Assembly: GCA_024626585.2 (NCBI GenBank)
Contig: JANKJI020000002.1
Location: 20,034,538 to 20,052,995 of the forward strand
Source: Ginkgo biloba
Lineage: Eukaryota > Plantae > Ginkgophyta
DNA: 18,458 bases
Direction: 5' to 3'
Part shown: positions 1-10,134 of the stretch, piece by piece
How positions within the stretch are numbered: the first letter of the stretch is position 1
Layout: every line of letters starts with the position of its first letter
Position numbers and translations under genes: made by a program
The notes under the pieces: model-generated
The model's database searches: none
Told to the model about the DNA's origin: nothing
The model's input: the letters and a program-made list of their open reading frames with translations, nothing else

Positions 1-184
1 TTAGCAAACGAACACTAATACTAGCTGCGAACAGACATTGCTCTCTGTAATTGTGAACAAAATTTGTGTTGATTACAAACAAACACTATTGTTGCTATGA
101 ACAAATACTGATATTATGACGACCACCATGTATTTGTTGCTACTATTTGCAATCAATCTTAAGGTGTCAAAATACCTACTAACA

Positions 185-357
185 ATCAAAATGATAAAGT
201 GTTGATGAATTGGGAATGCCACATCACCTATTATGGATGGATCAAACAAGATCATTAGAAGACTAGATATTTAATGGGGATCAAATTGATAAACAACTGA
301 TGAAATGGCAATGCCAAGTCGCCTATAATGAGTGGATCAAACAAGATTGGTGGAAGA
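185..357 (+). repeat. Two-copy direct repeat, 95-bp period, in the retroelement 3' untranslated region
   Basis: atcaaaatgataaa..tgatgaattgggaatgccacatcacctattatggatggatcaaacaagat (from 185) versus atcaaattgataaa..tgatgaaatggcaatgccaagtcgcctataatgagtggatcaaacaagat (from 280). Confidence 0.85.
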
Positions 358-380
358 GAGTCCACTATAGTATTGCTACT

Positions 381-394
381 TTAGTGGAGGAGCC
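381..394 (+). mobile_element. Polypurine tract of an LTR retrotransposon
   Basis: TTAGTGGAGGAGCC immediately precedes TGTTG, the LTR start. Confidence 0.65.
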
Positions 395-3034
395 TGTTGT
401 TGCCCAACACACCCCATTTTCTGCTCAAAAATTAGGACCCCGCCTTTTTTAAGTATTCAAAGCATCTAGATAGATTTTGATGCCTGAGTCAATTTTCTAA
501 AGTCCTGTGAGCTCTTCAAATGTTACCTTCATGTTTTAATGTTATTTCATCGCTTGAACTTCAATTGTTAGGAGGGTCCCTCTCAGCCTTTGAGTGTGAA
601 TGAATCCTATCTATGGTTAGTTTGATTTTGTATGGTGGAAAAATCCTATAGTGCTCTATATATCCACATCCCTCAAAAGATAAATCTCTCAAAATAAACA
701 GATGAAGTCATCTAAAAAATGCCTTAGTAATATTAAACGAATATGTGTTCCACTAAAATATTCCATGTGGCACCTTTTTGTTTCCATATGTATATATGTG
801 TGTGTAAAAGTTATTTTTATAGGTCATTGTGAAGTTGTACAAATTTATAGTATGATACCACATGGAAAGATCACATGACATCTCCCTTCTTCATGGTTGA
901 AAGCATTAGAATTCACTTAGTAAATAGTGCAAGGCCTGAATCCACAAGATTATGACACGAGGTTAGATCTCACAACTTCCCTCCTCACAATGGTAAAAGA
1001 CTTTGAAGACCTTGATGAAAAGGTTACAAGCACCGAGTGCATGAGATCATGACACACACTTGGATCTCATGCACCTGCAGATAGTGTTATTCTAAAATAA
1101 GAGAAGGGAGCCTCAAAAGGCTATAGGTTCCAAGGGTCATGAGATACAGACATGTGTCACCATCCTTTGTGCCCATAAAATTACACATAAGAATAAGTGA
1201 AGGCAACGAAAGGAGGACATAAAGCCAAAAGAGACTATATATACATAGACCATGATATTATGCCACCACCTAGTAGGATTTCATGGAACCCCTCCTTGTG
1301 GCATTTGGAGACCTTGGAGAGACTTTAGGGGGTGATTTGAGCCCTGAATTTACTAGACGATGACACATGCCTCAATCTCAACACCTACAAGTTCACATGA
1401 AGAAGAAAGGGTGAAGAAAGTATCCAAGGTCGGTGCACTTAAGGATCCATGAAATCTTGCCACCTGGCTCAATCTTGGGTGCTCTCAGATTCAATGAGTG
1501 AAACCAAAGGAGGCAACCCTAAAGGCTGTAGACTCAGACTCTATGAGATGGCGACACTTTCCCTAATCTCAAGAAGTTGGAGACATCCCAAACCATAAAA
1601 GAAAAGGGGAATATCAAAAGGGCACGCACTCAGGTAATCCAAGACCGTGCCACATGTATGAATCATTAATGTTCACAAACCCACGTGAGGGGAAGACTCA
1701 GGGAGTAGAGCTATAGAACACTACGACGCTTGGGTCTCTGAGATCATGCCACCTGTCTCAATCCCATGCCTTCACATGACCTACAAGTGCAATGAGTGAA
1801 AGAGCCTGGTCACCAAGCCCTTTGAGCCTAGGTGCCATGAGACATTGCCACATATCTTAATATATGAACTCCTTGAGGATGCTTGGTGGAATAACAACAT
1901 GGATAAATAGAAAGTTAAACCCACCAGAATTTTATGGGACCTCAAATCCACAAGATTACATCACTTGTAAGGCCCATATTTAAATGAAATAAGGTCTCTC
2001 CACTCTCACCTATGAATTTATTGCCATTAAGTTTGCACAAAGAGCATGATTCACACTATCTAAGGGAACTACCAAACTCTGAACTAAGGATAAAAGTAGT
2101 GTAGAAGATGAAGTAGTCTTCACAGTTGAACTATTGATCCAGAGCACCTTGCAAGAACCCTTGCAAGCTTCAAACTAAGCATAGAATCACATATCAGTAA
2201 CATCTTGAGTTTCTTGGTCCATCCCAAGCAAGTAGAAAGCCAGAGTTTAACCATGATGGCTCCCAAAACCTCTCCTTTTGAGATCCCCCATATCTTCAAG
2301 TTGTAATTCATAAACACACATTTTAGTTAGGAGTGCTTGGGAGATAAGAATTTAAGAAATTATAATGGATTATACCATGAGGTATAAAAGGTAGAGAGCC
2401 TTTATGCCAAGGAGGAAGAAATTTTAAAGGATGATGCAGGGTATAAAAGTGACCTCCTATTAATCAAAGTTGTGGGCCTGCATAATATACATTTAAAATA
2501 AGAGTTATTCCCCTACAAAGACCTTTTTTATAAATCCCCAGTTAATTGTGATGTGCCATCCTAACCAAGAAGGAGCTAGCACATGGTTCTATGGAGTTAA
2601 GCNNNNNNNNNNNNNNNNNNNNNNNNNNNNNNNNNNNNNNNNNNNNNNNNNNNNNNNNNNNNNNNNNNNNNNNNNNNNNNNNNNNNNNNNNNNNNNNNNN
2701 NNATTATGAGAAAAAATTTATAAAAGGGGTTCATTTATGACCTAAAAAAATGTGAGAGTTGAGTACAAGCATTTAATGCTTGATTCCTATGTACTATCAT
2801 GATTAATTAATGAAGATTCTTTTGTACCCCACAGATTCTTCAATGTTTCTCATGATTTTCTCATGTATGTGTAATTAATGCATGTTAATTTCTGAATGAG
2901 TGGCACATAGCCACCCATTGGCTTAAAGTGGGTCCCACTATGTCACCCATTTTTACCAACAATATCTAAAGATAGGAAATGATAGAAATTTGTTATGGCC
3001 AGATTTTAGGTAGTAAAGGGCCCGGGTATCAACA
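395..3034 (+). mobile_element. 3' LTR (~2.6 kb incl. a 100-N gap) of an LTR retrotransposon, probably Ty3/Gypsy Ogre/Tat-like
   Basis: Starts TGTTGTTGCCC (395) and ends GGGTATCAACA (3034), a 9/11 terminal inverted repeat with TG...CA. Preceded by a PPT; internal repeat array; TATA-like boxes at 2383, 2442, 2529. Ogre/Tat is inferred only from LTR length and repeats before the PPT. Confidence 0.7.
847..1978 (+). repeat. Degenerate ~97-bp-period array, 12 copies of a ~29-bp palindromic core inside the LTR
   Basis: Cores at 847, 944, 1041, 1139, 1252, 1352, 1449, 1543, 1639, 1738, 1837, 1950; consensus ATGAGAT-CATGMCACNTGNCTYA-ATCTCA. Confidence 0.85.
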
Positions 3035-4049
3035 CAAAATTGTAGACGATTGTACAAAACCAGGAACAGGTTGATACTTGCTCACAATTGCCTTGAAGAG
3101 GCAGTAAATTAAAAAGTTGTTGCCAATATGTTAAGCCACACTCTCTCCTTACTAGCAGTAAACAGTTGGATTCCCAAGGGTTAACACTGCATGCACACAA
3201 TTAGGCCCTACTGAAATGGGCAGACATTAAAATAAAAACCTGCTACCCTTATAACCTTGTTGAACTCAATCTTATTCATGGGATTACCACTACAAAATTT
3301 GCAAGACCTCTGATTCATTTATTACCCTGCAATGCACTGTTGGACATGTGCAAGGAACAAATTGCCCTTCAAATTTTATAGTTGACAAGAGCATTTCAAT
3401 TTATCCTTCTAAACAACAGCACTGGCAGCCAAGAAATGCAAACTTTCAATAAACATACCTTCTAACACCAACAGCAGAGAACCATGAAACAGAAAAATAA
3501 TAAAATTACGTTCTGCCTTTGACACTAGGTAGCAACAGAAGTAACAGTACAACTCAATAGCAGTTTGACATGTGTATTGTTAATATCATAACAGATGCCA
3601 TTCCAATAGGGAAAATTAATGTTGCACTTCCATATTGATAGTACGGGGGACACGTATTCTACAAACTAGAAACTCCAATAAGGGTAGCACTGTGGAACGA
3701 AGAACTAACTAGAAACAAGGCCAATTCTCAATGCAAGACTGAAAAACTTGCACTGTAGACAATGCCGAGGGTTGAATAAATTACCGAACAGTGTTGTTTT
3801 AGCTTTTTGGTGCATGACAAACAGAGTTTGGAGACTTTAGTTACAAAATCCCACTCTAATGAAGAATGTCCAATTAATGTATGAATTTATTAATGGATAT
3901 AGAAATATATGATGATCCCAAATATTTACTCCCATCCTCCTATGCTTGGGGAGTAGCAATTGCAGTCAAGTAAAATTTGCATAGTGGCTGCAGATTATGG
4001 TAAATGCAGAAAGCCTTCTTGAACTGTTACTTCAAGTATAATTCTTATC

Positions 4050-4059
4050 TTTATTCATT
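4050..4059 (-). promoter_or_regulatory. Candidate polyadenylation near-upstream element (overlapping AATGAA/AATAAA) in SDH1 3' UTR
   Basis: Minus strand reads AATGAATAAA about 100 nt after the TGA; position is plausible but there is no transcript evidence. Confidence 0.45.
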
Positions 4060-4160
4060 AACCAAGAGCAATCCTACATCCCTTGTGACATCACAATTTA
4101 CATGAACGTTTCCAGGGTTCCTTAAATATTGAAGTATTGGGAAAAGTTATAATATGAGTC

Positions 4161-4263
4161 TCAGTACACACGAGCCTTTGGGGGAAAGGTCTCCACTTCC
4201 TCATCCAAAGTGTTCATATGAACAGGCCTGTAGTTGAGACAAACCTTCCCGTTTTCCCAATAC
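4161..4263 (-). CDS. SDH1: Succinate dehydrogenase flavoprotein subunit, terminal coding exon
   Basis: Acceptor ttggctgcAG|G completes the GG|G Gly codon; encodes YWENGKVCLNYRPVHMNTLDEEVETFPPKARVY-TGA (stop 4161-4163), the typical plant SDH1 C-terminus YRPVH...PPKARVY. Absent from the ORF track. Confidence 0.96.
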
Positions 4264-6990
4264 CTGCAGCCAAACAAAGTCCAATGATTACACAATACTC
4301 AGGCTGACGCACATCAAATATAAAATCTCCTCATTACTTGTAGCTTTTTTAAAATATTTTCCATAACATTACTTTTCAGTTTTCACTATACATCTTAGAC
4401 ATTCACCAGGTACATATAACTAAGCTCGGTGGAACAGAATCTTATAATATAGTTTCTAGAACCAGAGAAATGCATGCATAAGACAGTAACTAAAAGAAAA
4501 CAGCAATCAGGGACATTTTTGGTCTCAATCAAGGGTAAGGATTTTTCATATGCAGATATCCTCTCTCAACTCTTTACAGAGCTCAGCAACGAAAAATTTC
4601 AACAATAATTTCTTGAAATATAAGTAGCTATCTAGTAATATNNNNNNNNNNNNNNNNNNNNNNNNNNNNNNNNNNNNNNNNNNNNNNNNNNNNNNNNNNN
4701 NNNNNNNNNNNNNNNNNNNNNNNNNNNNNNNNNNNNNNNNNTATTTATTTTATATAGTTTCATATGGATCTTATGGACAACTCAAATCTTAAATAGAGGA
4801 GTAGATCAAATACTTATATGCCAGCATATCAACTGACACCTCAACAAGAAAAGGAAACTAATTATATGGAAGTAAACAATATTCTAAGGGTTGTATGATG
4901 TACATGTTATATATAAATAATTGATTCTTTATTTAGAATTTATTGTGAAGGAATATTTTCTTTAGGAATATTCCTAGTTTGAAATTAGAATATTCAAGAA
5001 TGTTGGTTTGGGTAGGAGTTACGATAAGATAGAAGAAAATAAATCCTTGTGAATATTGATTTAAGTCATAGGTGAGAATCTTATACTGGTTAATAAATTG
5101 ATTAATGAAGAAGGAATATACATTGAACTCTTTGGTCTTTGCAATTGAGTTTACCTTTGAAGTTAATGAGAATGAAGGAAGATTTAATGATATGTGTTGT
5201 TATGTGATGTTATATTTATTTCATTGAATGAATTATGATGAATATTATTATGTTCATTTGTGTTGTGGAATGTCATGGGTTGATGGAAAAGGAAATAGTA
5301 AATTTAAGGAAGGAAACTAAGAGATATAAGTAAGAATAGTAAGTAAACATTATTGTAATAAGTAAATAATAGTATGGACCATACCTTATCAAAGAGATAT
5401 AGAACTTGGTTTGTGGCTAAAATGGTCACCTTGCTGTCAAGGTCCTAGAAGGGTTGCTGACTGCTTGATTCCAGTTAAACTGCTGTATCTGCCTCAACCT
5501 TGGAGGACCTGCTAGTACTATACAAAAACATCAACTATAATAGCAACTAATGTCTTTCAGAAAAAGTTCTCTTCTCTGTACACAGGATTTTCTCAGAAAC
5601 CAAGTTTAGAATTCAATCCTTGCAGTGCACGCAGAGGTGGAGAATTCAGAATGCGTTGTGCCCCTGCTGAATGTGTGAATTCAGCTCTGGCACTTAGATG
5701 ATGGAATAAATTTCTTTTGCATATGCTGTTCCAATAAATGTGCTAACCATCTACTCTTTCAATATTGATGCAGGAACCTAGATATTTTCTTTGAAATTTG
5801 TTTTGGTCATCATATAGAACTTTCTAACAGTACATTCTCAAGTACAACCAATCCTTAACAGAATTTAAAATACCTTTCAACGCTATGACGACCAATGGTC
5901 ATCATCCCACTCTGCCATATCATCTAAACTTTAAACTGATCTTGACAGTTTTTCATTCCTTCCTTCACAATAACATCAGTGTCTTGCACTCTGCACGAAT
6001 CTTTGATTCAAAGTCCACCAGGTCTCAGAGATCATAAAGAACCTAAGAAGGTGATAACACAGAGATGTAGCATTACAAGTAATTTCAGCATTTGGCAGCC
6101 ATTTGTCCCACCCACTGAGTGCATAATACCAAAAGGTCTCAAGATTCCCAGTGCAGAACAGCCCCCAGATTGACATTCCCTATGACTTAGCCAGTCAACC
6201 ACTAGAAAAGACACTTGGTCAAACACAAAATGAAAACTTATATTCAATAGTAAATTTAGTAAGCCCGTAAAAGATTCTCATGAGGTAATCTAAGTTTCAT
6301 GATCAGAAAAAGACATTTATACAAAAAATTACTTTCGAAACAAGAACACCTCTACACCCAACCCATGCAACCACAGTTTTGCAGGCTTCTTTTACGTACA
6401 TGGTTTACACTCAATCCTTGCCCTGCCACAAGGTGACAAGCTTCAATACATAAGAATTTAGATTAGCCAGAAAAGGTTGGCCAAAAAAGGTGTGGCATCT
6501 TTTTTGCTATCTTCTACTCTACTCCATAACCATCAGATGTGGCATCCTATCCTNNNNNNNNNNAGTATTCACAAACTTAATGAGGAGTTTAAAGTTCCCC
6601 AAGGCTTTCACAGCTTTGTCCTGTATCTTCAGCCATGCTCTCTCCCTTCAAATTATCTGAATAGTTTTTAGTAGGGATTCCTCTAATACAATACCTCTGC
6701 TTTCATGGCTATGCTAGCAATACCTCAAGAATACCACCATATAATTCCATACATATCATCATCTTCATTTTGTCCAAGCATATATAATGTCACATTATAT
6801 TGTCATGGGTANNNNNNNNNNNNNNNNNNNNNNNNNNNNNNNNNNNNNNNNNNNNNNNNNNNNNNNNNNNNNNNNNNNNNNNNNNNNNNNNNNNNNNNNN
6901 NNNNNNNNNNNATAATTAGTTTATTGGAAGGGAATCAAGAATAATTATTATTAGTATGTAGCTAAATGTAATACTTTCTAAAGATAAAAT

Positions 6991-7450
6991 TTAGAGGATA
7001 TTATATGCTTAGGTCTATTATGACCATGTCTAATTTTATAATAAAGGTGCAAAGAAACATTAATGGACATTAATAATTTGATCTCCCTAATCTAAGGATA
7101 AGGGTGTAATTTGAATAGATGTTGGTTGATTAACCATATATTGTTATTTTATTCTAATTCAATCTATATTTGAAGCCCGTTAGATTTGTAGAAGTTTTTT
7201 AAGTATATCTTCAACCTGCATGAACTTCAACTGAAGAGAGTTAATGACATAGATCTAAATTTTACATGTAATATTTAGAAAGAGATATTAACTTTGTAGA
7301 TATAATATTGAACATGAGTATAACTTATTATCCCAAACTAATGTATAACCATCAATATAACATGAATATACATTGAAGCTTACATTAGATGTTTTACACT
7401 TGATGAGAATATTAAATAGGTGAAGTGGATTATTTTAGAAAATGTTTAGC
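6991..7450 (+). mobile_element. Possible very decayed Helitron Rep/helicase remnant
   Basis: Ordered peptide scraps in mixed frames (LEDII, TLMDINNL, RYNIEHE, YPKL, FLENV) loosely resemble the region leading into the Helitron Pif1 Walker A. No intact motif; many stops. Confidence 0.2.
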
Positions 7451-7816
7451 ACAATAAAACTTATCACAGGCCTTGATACATAAGAACATAAGCCATAATC
7501 ATTCATAGCTGGTTTTCATAGGTCAATTGAACCCGCCCATATAACCTGCCCCTGCATGCTTGGCACTTTCATCCATAGCAATATATGTATCATGAGAACT
7601 CTCCAATCGAGTAAACAAATTGTCATTTTGATGAGGATGTAGAATATTTTGCCAGAATAATAGTATTACTAATATTCTTGATGACCTTTGAGTGATCAAT
7701 TTAAATTCATTACATACTCTTTTCACCAAATATTTCATACTGTACTAGAGGTCCAAATTACAGTGTATGATAAAGGGGCATGGTAACTTTGATTTCAAGC
7801 TGACGTAACCTTTTCC

Positions 7817-7935
7817 CTGTGTAGCCGAGTGCGGATCCCCGTCTGGCAGGGGACTCGCACCCGGGACGCAAGTGCAGGTACGTACAGTACCCAGGAAGGG
7901 CAAGCCGTACCCGACTGTCTCTGGGTACCGTCCCC
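7817..7935 (+). mobile_element. GC-rich terminus of a non-autonomous DNA transposon (hAT-like), copy 1
   Basis: CpG-rich island with repeated GTCCCC/GGGAC/GTACC motifs; aligns without gaps to 13391-13509 (82/119 by hand count). Superfamily is inference. Confidence 0.6.
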
Positions 7936-8175
7936 CCCTCCCTGCGAGAAGCCACGGCCGTCCCCAAAGCAAGACCCAAAAAAATTAAAAAAATAACATT
8001 TTTTTAAAAAAAATTTACCCAGATATTTAGGCACACCACCCTATTAAAAAATTTCACTTTTTGATGATAAAACCCNNNNNNNNNNNNNNNNNNNNNNNNN
8101 NNNNNNNNNNNNNNNNNNNNNNNNNNNNNNNNNNNNNNNNNNNNNNNNNNNNNNNNNNNNNNNNNNNNNNNNNNN

Positions 8176-8723
8176 AAGGAAAGACTTCACGGTCCAAGAA
8201 ATGGTCCTACAAGTGAGGAGACGCAATTGGACAATGGCATTACATGCTTCGACAGCAAACCATGTTAAGAGGGGAGGGCATGTTGTATACCCCAACGCAT
8301 ATATATGATTGTGAAAAATTATGAAAATTATGTAGGGTGAGTGGTGGCCCATGTTGCAAGGATAACCATAATAGCACTATAGAAAGGCAAAGTCTAATTA
8401 AATGTAGCCCAAGGGTTAGGATCAGGAGGCCCATTTTGAGTAAAGAAGAACACCAAGCCTCGTTTGTGATCATAATTGTGACTTTGGAACCTTTTGTAGA
8501 GTTCTAGTTCTATTTTGACTAGAGGAAGTCTTTTTGTGAACTCTTGAACTCAGAGAGTCCTTTTGTGATCTATTAGCTTTTAATGCATGGATACCTTATT
8601 GCATGGTGGATGATATATGTGTATGTTATTGTATTTATGGATTTGAATTGATTTACAATCAATTGAGTAGTGAAGCAACCACAAAGGTTCGCCACACCCA
8701 ATTTGCACACAGAACACTCAACA
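8176..8723 (+). mobile_element. Gypsy-type 3' remnant: decayed pol end, PPT and short 3' LTR
   Basis: PPT AAGAGGGGAGGGCA (8267-8280) directly followed by TGTTGTATACCCC (8281); candidate LTR end CTCAACA at 8723 gives TGTTG...CAACA, 443 bp. Right boundary uncertain. Confidence 0.55.
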
Positions 8724-8924
8724 TACATCAAGTGTTGTCCAAAGACCCACACTAAGTGTTGGTCTCCAACATAAACCATCAAGAGATGGCATATCAGAGC
8801 CACCATTAGACACACTTCCCTGGCCAAGAGAATCAAGCCCACACTGATAGGATATAGTCTTTATACTATTTTCTTTGGGAGAGGAGACACATCCTTAGCA
8901 TCACAAGCTAGGAGTGTTTCAAAG

Positions 8925-9440
8925 TGGGATACCATTAGAGATGGCTTTTGTTGTCTTTCTCTTCTGGCAAACTGTCTGAGTTTCTCAACCAAGGCTTGAT
9001 CAAACTTATCCCCAAGAATGCTACTAGAGACATAATTGGGGGATGGAAGCCTATCACACCCCTTAGTGTTGCATACAAAATTATGGCCAACGCAGTGGCC
9101 TAAAGGACCCACTTGGTGGTGCGAAATGTGGTGCGGCAGGAGCAGACAAGATTTGTCCAAGGATGGTTTATTCCTAGCACGATGATTTCTGCATGGGAGG
9201 CCTTGGAGTGGGCCCGGGAGACTGAGCAACAGGATCGTTTCTTGAAGATAGATTTTGACAAATCTTATGATTGGGTGGATTGGACCTTCATCTCTGAGAT
9301 GTTGGCTTGTTTGGGCTTTGGTCCGAGGTGTGTGGCCATGGTAAATACCCTCTTCACCAATGCGTTAGCATTTGTCTCAGTTAATAATTCCCTATCTTTG
9401 CATATTTCACTTCATCGATCTATCTGACAGGGGTGTCCCC
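8925..9440 (+). mobile_element. Non-LTR retrotransposon (L1/Tx1 clade) ORF2 reverse transcriptase fragment, pseudogenised
   Basis: Translates LNQGLIKLIPK...WKPIT/SVAYKIMA...EQTRFVQG...LKIDFDKSYDWVDW...LGFG...RSI*QGCP, matching LINE RT motifs LIPK, RPI, YKI, DFxKAYD, RQGCP. Frameshift near 9062, stops at 9102 and 9425; runs into a gap. Confidence 0.92.
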
Positions 9441-10054
9441 NNNNNNNNNNNNNNNNNNNNNNNNNNNNNNNNNNNNNNNNNNNNNNNNNNNNNNNNNNNN
9501 NNNNNNNNNNNNNNNNNNNNNNNNNNNNNNNNNNNNNNNNNNNNNNNNNNNNNNNNNNNNNNNNNNNNNNNNNNNNNNNNNNNNNNNNNNNNNNNNNNNN
9601 NNNNNNNNNNNNNNNNNNNNNNNNNNNNNNNNNNNNNNNNNNNNNNNNNNNNNNNNNNNNNNNNNNNNNNNNNNNNNNNNNNNNNNNNNNNNNNNNNNNN
9701 NNNNNNNNNNNNNNNNNNNNNNNNNNNNNNNNNNNNNNNNNNNNNNNNNNNNNNNNNNNNNNNNNNNNNNNNNNNNNNNNNNNNNNNNNNNNNNNNNNNN
9801 NNNNNNNNNNNNNNNNNNNNNNNNNNNNNNNNNNNNNNNNNNNNNNNNNNNNNNNNNNNNNNNNNNNNNNNNNNNNNNNNNNNNNNNNNNNNNNNNNNNN
9901 NNNNNNNNNNNNNNNNNNNNNNNNNNNNNNNNNNNNNNNNNNNNNNNNNNNNNNNNNNNNNNNNNNNNNNNNNNNNNNNNNNNNNNNNNNNNNNNNNNNN
10001 NNNNNNNNNNNNNNNNNNNNNNNNNNNNNNNNNNNNNNNNNNNNNNNNNNNNNN

Positions 10055-10134
10055 GATGATAGAGCGGCGAGCTCCTGTTCCTTCTTCCGCCTCTCCTCCT
10101 GTAATCTGGCTATGTCCGCATCCAAAGTATCCAT
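10055..10134 (-). pseudogene. SF3B1: 5' coding fragment of splicing factor 3B subunit 1 (SF3B1/SAP155), truncated by an assembly gap
   Basis: ATG at 10134 opens MDTLDADIARLQEERRKKEQELAALS(S), closely resembling the plant SF3B1 N-terminus as recalled (Arabidopsis MADLDPEIAKTQEERRKMEADLASLTS). Only 26 codons are visible; pseudogene status is unproven. Confidence 0.72.

Noticed and set aside
847-1978. CRISPR array interpretation of the repeat-spacer pattern
   Set aside because: Repeats are too degenerate, spacers are ~68 bp and partly homologous, there are no cas genes, and the array sits inside a plant LTR next to a spliced gene.
3927-3955. Stowaway-like TACTCCC...GGGAGTA
   Set aside because: Only a 7-bp stem in 29 bp; too short to distinguish from chance.
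5624-5694. Possible miRNA-like hairpin (GAATTCA...TGAATTC with flanking pairs)
   Set aside because: The stem is short and bulged, with no ~21-nt duplex.
5976-6247. Three overlapping 64-71 aa ORFs
   Set aside because: No recognisable domain, non-ATG starts, no convincing splice context; consistent with chance in intron DNA.
7745-8034. Three minus-strand ORFs over the GC-rich island
   Set aside because: Stop-codon scarcity is explained by the high GC of a transposon terminus.
8787-8801. PBS-like TGGCATATCAGAGCC
   Set aside because: Needs an insertion to match the tRNA-Met PBS TGGTATCAGAGC and does not directly follow an LTR end.
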